Assembly: GCA_965198945.1 (NCBI GenBank)
Contig: CBDAQI010000001.1
Location: 329,344 to 393,343, forward strand
DNA: 64,000 bases
From: Thermodesulfobacteriota bacterium
Lineage (GTDB): Bacteria > Desulfobacterota_D > UBA1144 > Nemesobacterales > Mycalebacteriaceae
Direction: 5' to 3'
This document shows, in pieces, positions 1 through 9,085 of this stretch. The notes beneath the pieces are model-generated. The model worked only from the letters and a program-made list of their open reading frames with translations, did not search any database and was not told the DNA's origin. The translations under genes were made by a program, and so were the position numbers. How positions within the stretch are numbered: the first letter of the stretch is position 1; every line of letters starts with the position of its first letter.

Positions 1-281
1 GGTTTCTTGAAGACGGATGCAAAGCGAGATTGAGAGTTATGTTCAGAGGAAGAGAGTTTGTTCATCAAAACACCGGATTTGAGCTTATTGCCTCAATAGT
101 GGAAAAAGTTTCCGACCTTGGCAAAGTGGACTCTCCGGCCAAACTTGAGGGCAGGCATATAATAGCCGTTCTCTCTCCGGTCAAATCCCCGGTGGTGAAG
201 AGTGTTCGGGGCGCCGGTGACGGCGGCAAAGAATTGGGAAAAAAGCCGGAAAATATAACTGAAGACGGGGCACAGGCATGA
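1..281 (+). CDS. infC: Translation initiation factor IF-3, C-terminal part (gene starts before the window)
   Basis: Frame open from position 3: FLEDGCKARLRVMFRGRE...PAKLEGRHIIAVLSP is the IF-3 C-domain; followed by rpmI-rplT. Confidence 0.95.
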   Translation, partial: FLEDGCKARLRVMFRGREFVHQNTGFELIASIVEKVSDLGKVDSPAKLEGRHIIAVLSPVKSPVVKSVRGAGDGGKELGKKPENITEDGAQA

Positions 282-478
282 AGAATAAAATCAAAACCAA
301 CAGGAGTGCCGCCAAGCGTTTTTCTTTCACCGCAAGCGGTAAGGTAAAAATGTCAAGAGGCGGAAAGTCACACCTCAATGTCAAAAAAAATGCCAAAAGG
401 ATGAGGCGACTCGGTTCCGAGCGGTATTTTGAAGGAACCGCGGCAAAAAGAATCTCCTCTTATGTTCCGGCCAAATAA
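278..478 (+). CDS. rpmI: 50S ribosomal protein L35
   Basis: KIKTNRSAAKRFSFTASGKVK...KSHL motif; between infC and rplT; ATGA overlap with infC. Confidence 0.95.
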   Translation: MKNKIKTNRSAAKRFSFTASGKVKMSRGGKSHLNVKKNAKRMRRLGSERYFEGTAAKRISSYVPAK

Positions 479-498
479 GTTTTAACGAGGATTAAAAA

Positions 499-864
499 AT
501 GAGAGTAACACCTTCAGTGGCGTCCAGAAACAGACGCAAAAAGATTCTAAAACAGGCGAAAGGTTATTGGGGGCGCAGAAAAAACAACCTCAGAAAAGCC
601 AAAGAAACTCTTCTGCGCGCCATGGCTTATTCCTACAGAGACAGGCGGAACAGAAAAAGAGATTTCAGAGCTCTTTGGATAACAAGAATAAACGCCGCGG
701 TCAGGCCCTACGGTCTTTCCTACAGCCGTTTTATAGCGGAGCTGAAAAAATCCGGCATTGATTTGGACAGGAAATCCCTTTCGGAACTTGCAATCAGAGA
801 CCCGCAGGCCTTTGAGCGGGTTGTCAAAACCGCAAGCGGTGAAGCGCAGTCTTTAAGTAACTAA
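499..864 (+). CDS. rplT: 50S ribosomal protein L20
   Basis: [40 protein letters not shown] motifs; GAGG RBS. Confidence 0.98.
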   Translation: MRVTPSVASRNRRKKILKQAKGYWGRRKNNLRKAKETLLRAMAYSYRDRRNRKRDFRALWITRINAAVRPYGLSYSRFIAELKKSGIDLDRKSLSELAIRDPQAFERVVKTASGEAQSLSN

Positions 865-990
865 ATAAACGGCGTGTCTGCCGTTCTTGCAGAGAGTTCA
901 TAAGCGGCTTTTTCTTGTCGCTTCCGACTACGATTGCTATAGTCTGCTTTGATGATAAAGACGAACAAAAAAGAGTAAAAGGAGAGGATA

Positions 991-1293
991 ATGCAGGAAG
1001 GCTTATCAAACGTGTTCGTGCTCAATCACGCTGATTTTATTATTATCATCCTAACTTTTCTATGTTTGTGTGTTAGCATATTAACGTTGATTGTGGTTGT
1101 AAAAACAATTGATTTGTGGAGGTTTATGCAACAGATAAGAGACGTTCATTTTAAAAGTCTAATAGATGAAGCAAAGAAAGAAATACAAGAATATGAGAAA
1201 CAGCTTCAGGGAAAAAGGGGAAAAACTATGAGAGGCGGATCTCCTTATCATGTTAAATCCGCACAAAGCGGAGAGAGAGTGAGTAATGATTGA
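991..1293 (+). CDS. Hypothetical single-pass membrane protein
   Basis: AGGAGAGG RBS; hydrophobic segment FIIIILTFLCLCVSILTLIVVV followed by a charged helical tail; overlaps next gene. Confidence 0.65.
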   Translation: MQEGLSNVFVLNHADFIIIILTFLCLCVSILTLIVVVKTIDLWRFMQQIRDVHFKSLIDEAKKEIQEYEKQLQGKRGKTMRGGSPYHVKSAQSGERVSND

Positions 1294-1795
1294 AAAACTA
1301 TCTCATGAACAAAAAAAGATTATAGAATCTTTTCATAAACGAGGGCTTCCAATTAAAACCGCGCCCATCGCAAATGCATTTGGAATAGATGTGTTTTATA
1401 CAGACTCATGGGAAAATGACACATCAGGAATGATAAGACGGATCAATGAAAACAAATATGAGATTTTTGTCAATAAGAAACATCCTCCAAATCGTAGACG
1501 ATTCACGATTGCTCACGAACTTGCTCATTTTTTACTTCACACTGACTTGTTAGAAGATGAAACATTTGAAGATCACCTGCTTCGTGCGGTGGGAAGCAGG
1601 TGGTCTAATGCAGCGGTAGAGTCAGAAGCAAATGCTTTGGCAGCAGATATTTTGATGCCTTGGAATCTGATAGAAAGAGAATACTCACGAGGCGCGAAAA
1701 CTATAGAGTCCTTGTCAGAAAAGTTTGAAGTTTCTAAAGATGCAATGTCAGTAAGAGTGCTTGGAACTCATTATAGAAATCCAGATAAACCCTAG
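1286..1795 (+). CDS. ImmA/IrrE family metallo-endopeptidase
   Basis: IFVN..HPPNRRRFTIAHELAH (HEXXH), ESEANALAADILMP, and C-terminal FEVS...R helix. Confidence 0.9.
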   Translation: MIEKLSHEQKKIIESFHKRGLPIKTAPIANAFGIDVFYTDSWENDTSGMIRRINENKYEIFVNKKHPPNRRRFTIAHELAHFLLHTDLLEDETFEDHLLRAVGSRWSNAAVESEANALAADILMPWNLIEREYSRGAKTIESLSEKFEVSKDAMSVRVLGTHYRNPDKP

Positions 1796-1804
1796 CGGGC
1801 ATGT

Positions 1805-2312
1805 TTATCTGTCAGCGGTTTGAATTTTCCTGTCAGACAGAGTTATGGTTCTAACTACTGCTCCGGCGGGGATGATTCCCTCTTTTCCTTTATTCAAAAA
1901 AGCCAGCGGACACAACATAGTGCCTATTGCAACCGTTCCTCCAATTTCAGAGTCACCTTTTGTATTGAAAGCCTTTCAAAGGAATTTCAGTTCCATCAAC
2001 AGCATTCGTATACTCCACATTGATTGTAAGCGCACCTGAAATCCCAGCCATTGCTGCGCCTTTTCGGTCTGAAACTCTGGCAACAACAGCAGTTCTGGCC
2101 TCAATAACAGTTATGCCGTCAACTTTGATATCACGCTCAACCTCAAGAAGAATCTGTTGACCTGCTTTCACTTCCTTTGAAGAAATACGCTGTGCTGTTT
2201 GAACTGGCACAATTGTAGAATCCCGCAAAACAAGTTCACGGGCAAATACACTCTCTGTGCTGAAAGCAAGCAAACATATTGTCGCTATCGTTATATAGTT
2301 TAGAAACTTCAT
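1805..2312 (-). CDS. Exported hypothetical protein (signal peptide; frameshift near 1970)
   Basis: GGAGG RBS before ATG 2312; signal peptide MKFLNY...SVFA; after a one-base shift at ~1970 reading continues FNTKGDSEIGGTVAIGTMLCPLAFLNKGKEGIIPAG...DR to TAA at 1805-1807. Confidence 0.7.
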
Positions 2313-2873
2313 TTTCAATCCTCCCTTGATTTGAAGTTTTGATGGAAAACAAATTATAAAAAAGCCAATTCCACCCAGAAATCCCGTAACTGCTCTGGTT
2401 AAGTTTATGCTCTGGTAACCAGTTGAGTTCTGCATAACAACATCTAAAACTGCCGGAAGTAGCAAAGTAGCCCCAAGCAGAGCGCGTGCGGTATATTTTT
2501 TAGGACGACTGACAAGCAAAGCGGCAACGGCAACACCCAAATATCCTAAAAGGCATCTTGAGCAAAGACCGCAGGGAAATCCAAAAATCCAAAAAGAACG
2601 GGATGGTAATTGATGGCATATAAAAGCAAACAATTTATAAAGAGATTCACCATTTGGAAACCCATTAACCGATTGCCGAATTGGTGCGGCAAGTGAAAGA
2701 ACAACTAATAAAAAAGAAACAAGAAAAACAGTTATTCTCAAATTGAAGCCTCTTGATACACCATAGACGCCGGGTCTTGCTATGCCCTCAAACAGAGTTA
2801 ACTGTTTCCGTAAGATAAACCGGTGCGGAATTCTATTCAAGAAATAGAAACATACCATTAGGGGAGTTGTCAA
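2313..2873 (-). CDS. DUF2085-type membrane protein (CHQ...CxRC); start uncertain, reads in frame into the downstream gene
   Basis: ICHQLPSRSF...CGLCSRCLLGY motif with several TM helices and ..RAVTGFLGG. Confidence 0.75.
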
Positions 2874-2892
2874 GTCAGTTTTGCGAAATCTT

Positions 2893-2920
2893 GTCTAACA
2901 TAAAGTATATTAAGTCACTG
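2893..2920. other. Xer dif-like recombination site
   Basis: Minus strand CAGTGACTTAA-TATACT-TTATGTTAGAC has 11-6-11 architecture; right arm matches the E. coli XerD arm TTATGTTAAAT at 9/11. Confidence 0.4.
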
Positions 2921-2925
2921 TCTTT

Positions 2926-3600
2926 TTATTCAGCTTTCAGCCCCGCTTCATCCAGATCCCATCTTATTGGGCAGTTTTCGCAGTCCGGCCTTTTTTTGTG
3001 ACAAAACTCTTTCGCCGTTCGCACAATAAGCGCGTGATACTCGTTGAACAGCGCGGTTCTGCGCGGAAGGTTGTTTTCAAACAGTTTCTGAACCGTTTCA
3101 TATGAGACTTTTTCATCCGTGAGCCCGTGCCTTGCGGTTATTCTTTTTGTATAGGCGTCAACAACAAAGGAGGGCTTGCGGGCGGCGTATAAAACTATGC
3201 TGTCCGCCGTCTCAGGGCCTATTCCCTCAATTTTCAGAAGGGTTTTTCTGAGTTTCAGTCTTTTTTCGGATAGAAGACCGCCGATGCTGCCTACGTAGTT
3301 ATCAACCACAAACCGCGCGAAGATTTTCAGGCGTCTTGACTTCTGATTGAAATAGCCGGACGACTTTATCAGACGGGCGAGTTTCGCACGGGGTATTTTG
3401 TTAATGTTCGCGGGTGAAAGAGTCATTTCACTTTTAAGCAGCCGGATGGATTTTTCAACATTTTTCCATGAGGTATTCTGTGTCAAAATGGCCCCGACTA
3501 TGCATTCAAAGGGAGTTTCCGCGGGCCACCAGTTCTGCCCGCCGAAACGTTCAAACATCGCGTCGTAGATTTTGAGAACCCTCTTTCCGTTTTTGCTCAT
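2926..3600 (-). CDS. HhH-GPD base-excision DNA glycosylase (endonuclease III-like)
   Basis: VGAILTQNTSWKNV, HhH LLKIEGIGPETADSI, VVDAY, C-terminal 4Fe-4S C-x6-C-x2-C. Confidence 0.9.
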   Translation of the reverse strand: MSKNGKRVLKIYDAMFERFGGQNWWPAETPFECIVGAILTQNTSWKNVEKSIRLLKSEMTLSPANINKIPRAKLARLIKSSGYFNQKSRRLKIFARFVVDNYVGSIGGLLSEKRLKLRKTLLKIEGIGPETADSIVLYAARKPSFVVDAYTKRITARHGLTDEKVSYETVQKLFENNLPRRTALFNEYHALIVRTAKEFCHKKRPDCENCPIRWDLDEAGLKAE

Positions 3601-3637
3601 AAGGCAAGAATATACGGCAAACCGCAGAGGGATTTTG

Positions 3638-3665
3638 TTGACAATTTCCCTTCGTAATGTTTAAT
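3638..3665 (+). promoter_or_regulatory. Sigma70-like promoter of gcvTHP
   Basis: TTGACA(3638-43)-N16-TTTAAT(3660-65); implies the gcvT start is ATG 3679 rather than 3664. Confidence 0.55.
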
Positions 3666-3678
3666 GATATGTCGTTCA

Positions 3679-4803
3679 ATGAACCATACCGCTCTCTATG
3701 AAATCCATGCCGCAAACGGGGCGAAAATGACTGAATTTGCAGGCTGGCGGATGCCTCTTTCTTATTCCGGGGTTCGGCGTGAGCACTGTGCCGTGCGCTC
3801 TTCGTGCGGCATTTTTGACGCGAGCCATATGGGGGAAATAGAGATAACCGGACCTGAAGCGGAGAGCCTCTGCCAGTGGCTTTTAACAAATGACGTGAGC
3901 CGGATGGGAGATATGCGTGTTCAATACAGCCTGCTCTGCAATGAAGAGGGCGGAATTGTGGATGACCTTATGGTCTACAGATTTTCCCGTGAAAGATTCA
4001 TTCTCTGTGTTAACGCTTCCAATACCAAAAGGGATTTTGACCGGGCTCTTTCACAATCGGAAAAGTTTTCCGCCCGTGTGACGGATATAAGCAGCCGAAT
4101 TTCCCTTGTTTCCGTTCAGGGGCCCGGTTCACAAGGCGTTGTGAGCCGCGCAATGGAAGAGGACTTTGAGATACCGCAACGTTTTTCTTTCACAATTTTT
4201 GATTGCGGCGGACCCTCCTTTATCTCACGGACGGGCTATACAGGAGAAGACGGATTTGAAATTTTTGTTCCCTGGGATTCGGCTCCAGAAATCTGGCTCA
4301 AACTTGTTTCCACCGGTGAAGGTTCTGAAGTCTGTATGTGCGGCCTCGGTTCCAGAGACACATTGCGGCTTGAAATGGGGTATTCGCTATACGGAAACGA
4401 GATATCTGAGGAAGTAAACCCTTTTGAGGCAAACCTCGGAAGGTATGTGAAAATGGACAAAGGTGATTTTTGCGGCAGAGAATCTCTCGTGAGGGGTCTT
4501 GAGAACGGTGTGGAACGGTCTCTGTGCGGACTTGAAATGGTTGAGCCCGGCATTCCGCGCAATTCATACAAGGTTTTTTCGGGCGAAACTGAAGTGGGTC
4601 GGGTTACAAGCGGAACCATGTCTCCGAGTCTGGAAAAACCCGTCGGTCTTGCTTTTATAAGCTCTTCGGCGCTTGATAACGCGCGGCGCGACGGTGTGCA
4701 AGTGCAAATCAGAAACGGCCGCAGGAAGGCCGAGATTACCGATGTGCCTTTCTATGTAAAATCTTCGAACCGGGTCGGCCGGAAAATGGAGAAGCAGGCA
4801 TGA
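3679..4803 (+). CDS. gcvT: Glycine cleavage system aminomethyltransferase T
   Basis: FAGWRMP, FDASHMGE, SRTGYTGEDGFE, GLGSRDTLRLEMG, VTSGTMSP motifs. Confidence 0.97.
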   Translation: MNHTALYEIHAANGAKMTEFAGWRMPLSYSGVRREHCAVRSSCGIFDASHMGEIEITGPEAESLCQWLLTNDVSRMGDMRVQYSLLCNEEGGIVDDLMVYRFSRERFILCVNASNTKRDFDRALSQSEKFSARVTDISSRISLVSVQGPGSQGVVSRAMEEDFEIPQRFSFTIFDCGGPSFISRTGYTGEDGFEIFVPWDSAPEIWLKLVSTGEGSEVCMCGLGSRDTLRLEMGYSLYGNEISEEVNPFEANLGRYVKMDKGDFCGRESLVRGLENGVERSLCGLEMVEPGIPRNSYKVFSGETEVGRVTSGTMSPSLEKPVGLAFISSSALDNARRDGVQVQIRNGRRKAEITDVPFYVKSSNRVGRKMEKQA

Positions 4804-5186
4804 GCGTTCCGGGTAATTTGAGATATACCGAAGAACACGAGTGGGCCCTGCTTGACGGTGACACTGTAACGGTGGGCATAACGGACTACGCGCAGGACGC
4901 CATAGGCGAGATAGTTTTTGTGGAAGCTCCCTCAGAGGGCGATTCTTTCCGCAAGGGGGAAATTTTCGGCGCCGTGGAGTCCACAAAATCGGTTTCAGAT
5001 CTTTTCTGCCCGGTTGATGGCAATGTTGTTGAGATAAACGAAGTTCTGATTGACTCTTCCGGTGTCATAAACACCTCTCCCTACGGTGATGGTTGGCTTA
5101 TTAAGCTGTTCGTGGAAGACTCTTCCTCCTTTGAGGAACTGATGGACGCCGCGGCTTATAAAAAATTTCTGGAGACCGGAGAGTAG
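4800..5186 (+). CDS. gcvH: Glycine cleavage system H protein
   Basis: YTEEHEW, GITDYAQ, lipoyl-lysine VESTKSVSD, SPYGDGW. Confidence 0.97.
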   Translation: MSVPGNLRYTEEHEWALLDGDTVTVGITDYAQDAIGEIVFVEAPSEGDSFRKGEIFGAVESTKSVSDLFCPVDGNVVEINEVLIDSSGVINTSPYGDGWLIKLFVEDSSSFEELMDAAAYKKFLETGE

Positions 5187-5211
5187 GGCATTTCCGCCGG
5201 GGTTTTTCATT

Positions 5212-8115
5212 ATGAGCAAAAACTCACTGCCGGGAGGTTTTGAGCTCAGGCACATCGGGTCTGTTGGTGATGATTGCCGTGAGATGCTCAAATTTGTGGG
5301 CGCAGACTCGCTTGAGCAACTCATCAGGCAGGCCGTTCCGTCCGATATTTTATGTGAAGAACCCCTCTCTCTGCCATTCGCCGTTGATGAGAGCTCGTTT
5401 CTGGACAAAATGAGGGAAACGGCCTCCCTCAACAAGCGGTTCAAATCTTTCATAGGCTTAGGATATAACGACTGCAAAACCCCCCAAGTAATCAAAAGAA
5501 ACATTCTTGAAAATCCCGGCTGGTATACGCAATACACTCCTTATCAGGCGGAAATAGCACAGGGAAGGCTTGAGGCGCTTCTCAATTTTCAGACCGTTGT
5601 GTGTGATATGACGGGCATGGAGATTGCAAATGCGTCTCTTCTTGATGAATCAACGGCCGCATGCGAAGCCATGGCGATGATTCACAGAGTAGTTTCCGGA
5701 AAGCGGCGCGGGAAAAATCCGGAGAGGTTTTTTGTTGATGCGGGCTGTTTTCCGCAGACAATTGAGGTTCTGAGGTCAAGAACCGAGCCGCTTGATGTGG
5801 AAATGGTTATAGGTGATTTTCAGGATTTTGACCCGGCGGACGGTTTTTTCGGCGCTCTTGTGCAGTTTCCGAACCGTCGCGGCCGGGCGGACGACTATAC
5901 GGATTTTATTGAGCGTGCCCACCGTGAGGGCGTTCTTGTGGCCGTTTCCGCGGACATTTTGTCACTTGCAATTTTCACCCCGCCCGGAGAGATGGGAGCG
6001 GACGTGGTTGTGGGCTCAACTCAGCGGCTCGGTGTTCCAATGGGATGCGGCGGTCCTCATGCGGCTTATCTGGCGACAAGGAGTGATTTCCGGCGTCAGA
6101 TTCCGGGCAGAATCATCGGAGTCTCGGTTGACAGAGACGGCGCGCGCGCATACAGAATGTCTTTGCAGACCCGTGAGCAGCATATAAGGAGAGAAAAAGC
6201 GACTTCCAATATCTGCACCGCTCAGTCTCTTCCGGCAATAATGGCGGCTATGTATTGTGTGTATCACGGCCCTCGCGGGCTGGAAAAAATTGCGAAAAAA
6301 ATACACTCTCTCTCGGCCGCCCTGTCCCGTGAACTTACGAAAAACGAGTTCGTCCAAACAAATTCACGCTTTTTTGATACGCTTTGTTTTGACCTCTCTT
6401 CAATGCCCGCGGAAACTGCGGAAAAAATCAGGAAGTTGTCGCTTCAAAACGGAATTAATTTTCTTCATGAAAAAAACAGTGTTGGAGTTTCTCTTGATGA
6501 AACCACCGAAATTGCGGATTTAAATCTTATCGCACACATATTTATGGAAGCGGCCGCAAAAAGTCCGGCGGAAATAAATCCGGGCTCTGAGCCGGAAAAA
6601 GATGATGTTCGCGGAACGCTTAAGAGAAAAACCCCGTTTCTCACTCATCCGGTTTTCAACATCCACCATTCCGAAACGGAAATGGTCAGATACATCAAAC
6701 GCCTTGAAAACAAAGATCTTTCGCTCACTCATTCAATGATGCCTCTGGGCTCATGCACCATGAAACTTAATTCCGCCTCGGAGCTTGCCCCGGTCAGCTG
6801 GGCCGGTTTTGCGGAAATCCACCCTTTTGCCCCGTCGGACCAGCTGGAGGGTTACAAACGGATTACTGAAGAGCTTGGCGAAAATCTCTGCACAATAACG
6901 GGATTTTCCGCCGCATCTCTCCAGCCTAATTCAGGGGCGCAGGGTGAGTTTGCCGGTCTTATGGTAATCAGGTCATATCATCGCAGCCGCGGTCAAAGAA
7001 ACAGGAATGTAACGCTTGTTCCTTCTTCGGCACACGGGACAAATCCGGCGAGCGCGGCGGCGGCCGGAATGAAGGTTGTTACGGTGGCCTGCACGGCGGA
7101 CGGTTCAATAGACCTGGCGGACCTGGAGAAAAAGTGCGTCGAGAACACTGAAACCCTTGCGGCGATAATGATTACCTATCCTTCCACTCACGGCGTTTTT
7201 GAGCCCGGTATAAAAAAAGCATGTTCAATTGTCCATGCTCACGGCGGGCAGGTTTATATGGATGGCGCCAATCTCAACGCGCAGGTTGGGGTTATGAAGC
7301 CCGCACTGATGGGTGCGGATTTGTGCCATGTGAACCTTCATAAAACTTTCAGCATACCGCACGGGGGCGGCGGCCCCGGTATGGGGCCCATCTGTGTGGC
7401 CGCACACCTTGCTCCGTTTCTTCCCGGTCATCCTTTTGAAGCGGACAGCTCCGGAAACGGCGCTCTCAGGTGCCCACCCGTCGCCTCAGCCCCCTGGGGG
7501 AGCGCAAGCATAACCGTTGTTTCATATGCGTATATAAAACTTCTCGGCTCCGAAGGAATCCGCAACGCCACCATGCACGCGATTTTGAACGCCAACTATA
7601 TGAAAGAGCGGCTCGGGCGCAGCTACAAGGTTCTCTATGAGGGAAATATGGGCAGGGTGGCTCACGAATTTATTCTGGACTTGAGAGAATTCAAAAAAAG
7701 CGCCGATGTGGATGTTGAAGATTTTGCCAAAAGACTTATGGATTACGGCTTTCACGCTCCGACCGTTTCCTGGCCTGTGGCGGGCACGATAATGATAGAG
7801 CCCACCGAAAGTGAGTCCAAGGCGGAACTTGACCGTTTCTGTGAGGCCCTTGAGAGCATCCGTTCGGAAATTGCAGAGATAGAGGCCGGGCATTCCGACC
7901 GGCTGAACAATGTTCTCAAGAACAGTCCGCACACGGCGAAAAAAGTTGTCTCGGAAACATGGGATTCTCCGTATTCAAGACAGAGCGCATGTTTTCCGGC
8001 GGATTTTGTGATTGACAATAAATTCTGGCCTCCGGTTTCACGCATAGACGGCGCTTACGGAGACAGAAATCTTTTCTGCACCTGCCCCCCGCCCGAAGCA
8101 TATAAAGATGATTGA
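5212..8115 (+). CDS. gcvP: Glycine dehydrogenase (decarboxylating), single-chain P protein
   Basis: YTPYQAEIAQGRLE, REQHIRREKATSNICTAQ, PLGSCTMKLN, PLP-lysine HVNLHKTF. Confidence 0.98.
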   Translation: MSKNSLPGGFELRHIGSVGDDCREMLKFVGADSLEQLIRQAVPSDILCEEPLSLPFAVDESSFLDKMRETASLNKRFKSFIGLGYNDCKTPQVIKRNILENPGWYTQYTPYQAEIAQGRLEALLNFQTVVCDMTGMEIANASLLDESTAACEAMAMIHRVVSGKRRGKNPERFFVDAGCFPQTIEVLRSRTEPLDVEMVIGDFQDFDPADGFFGALVQFPNRRGRADDYTDFIERAHREGVLVAVSADILSLAIFTPPGEMGADVVVGSTQRLGVPMGCGGPHAAYLATRSDFRRQIPGRIIGVSVDRDGARAYRMSLQTREQHIRREKATSNICTAQSLPAIMAAMYCVYHGPRGLEKIAKKIHSLSAALSRELTKNEFVQTNSRFFDTLCFDLSSMPAETAEKIRKLSLQNGINFLHEKNSVGVSLDETTEIADLNLIAHIFMEAAAKSPAEINPGSEPEKDDVRGTLKRKTPFLTHPVFNIHHSETEMVRYIKRLENKDLSLTHSMMPLGSCTMKLNSASELAPVSWAGFAEIHPFAPSDQLEGYKRITEELGENLCTITGFSAASLQPNSGAQGEFAGLMVIRSYHRSRGQRNRNVTLVPSSAHGTNPASAAAAGMKVVTVACTADGSIDLADLEKKCVENTETLAAIMITYPSTHGVFEPGIKKACSIVHAHGGQVYMDGANLNAQVGVMKPALMGADLCHVNLHKTFSIPHGGGGPGMGPICVAAHLAPFLPGHPFEADSSGNGALRCPPVASAPWGSASITVVSYAYIKLLGSEGIRNATMHAILNANYMKERLGRSYKVLYEGNMGRVAHEFILDLREFKKSADVDVEDFAKRLMDYGFHAPTVSWPVAGTIMIEPTESESKAELDRFCEALESIRSEIAEIEAGHSDRLNNVLKNSPHTAKKVVSETWDSPYSRQSACFPADFVIDNKFWPPVSRIDGAYGDRNLFCTCPPPEAYKDD

Positions 8116-8140
8116 ATCGGTCCTGAGTTACGAGGTGTTT

Positions 8141-9076
8141 CTAAATTCTTACGTCTATGTAGGATTTCTCAAAACCTTTTTCTATGAGGGATGAGATTAT
8201 GCGCTCATTTTCAGCGGCGGCCATTTCATCAATAAGAGCCTCTTTGATTTCCGGAGGGATCAGCATTCCCTTTTCCTTGATTGAAAGCACTTTGACAATA
8301 TGAATCCCGGCTTTTGACCTGACGGGTCCGTTGATTTCTCCGGGTTCAGTTCCGTCCACGGCTTCAAACAGGGGTTTGATAAGCTCATCATATTTGAAAT
8401 ACCCTAAGTCGCCGCCCCTGCCGGCCGTTCTTTGATCAATTGAGTGCAGTTTTGCGAGGTCTTCAAAGTCGTTTCCTTCCTCCCTTGCAATATCAGCTAT
8501 TTCTTTTGCCCGATCAAAAGAGTCTCCGGAATTGCCCGGCAGGAGAATATGGGCAATTCTAATTTCGGCGGAGTGGGGATCGGCGTCCGGATTGTTTTTC
8601 AAGTAGAACTCTTCCACTTTTTTGTCGTCTATGTAGAGATTGTTGCGGGCAATTTCGGATTGGACAAGCTTTGTGGTTAATATCTGCAGCTTTATCTCTC
8701 TGAAAAGCTCTTTTAGTGTTGTATCTTTTTCGGCGAGCATTTTTACGAGCCCTTCGTCGTCCAGATTCAAAGACTCTTTGAAATTTTTCACGGCCGCGTC
8801 CAGTTCCTGAGCCGAGACATTGATGTTGTTTTCTGCCGCAGTCTGTTCAATGATGGATTCAACTATGATGCTGTTTATAATGTCTTCTTTGGACGCTTCC
8901 GGTGTGCGGCTTCTTATTTCTCTTTCTTTTTTTCTGTATTCAGACAGGGTTACAATTGAGTTATTCACGACGATTGCAATTCCGTCCACCTTTGTTTTTG
9001 CGGCGGCGATTCCCTGCTGTGCCGCAAGTAGCCCGACCGCCGCTAATACTGAAAGAATCAATTTTGAAAAACTCAT
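8141..9076 (-). CDS. surA: SurA-like periplasmic peptidylprolyl isomerase
   Basis: Signal peptide, VDGIAIVVNNSIVT N-domain, parvulin motifs AHILL, GGDLGYF, GIHIVKV; downstream of mfd. Confidence 0.85.
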   Translation of the reverse strand: MSFSKLILSVLAAVGLLAAQQGIAAAKTKVDGIAIVVNNSIVTLSEYRKKEREIRSRTPEASKEDIINSIIVESIIEQTAAENNINVSAQELDAAVKNFKESLNLDDEGLVKMLAEKDTTLKELFREIKLQILTTKLVQSEIARNNLYIDDKKVEEFYLKNNPDADPHSAEIRIAHILLPGNSGDSFDRAKEIADIAREEGNDFEDLAKLHSIDQRTAGRGGDLGYFKYDELIKPLFEAVDGTEPGEINGPVRSKAGIHIVKVLSIKEKGMLIPPEIKEALIDEMAAAENERIISSLIEKGFEKSYIDVRI

Positions 9077-9085
9077 AATGTCTTA

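Noticed and set aside
3601..3678. Glycine riboswitch upstream of gcvT
   Set aside because: Only ~78 bp, occupied by divergent promoters; no aptamer motif seen.
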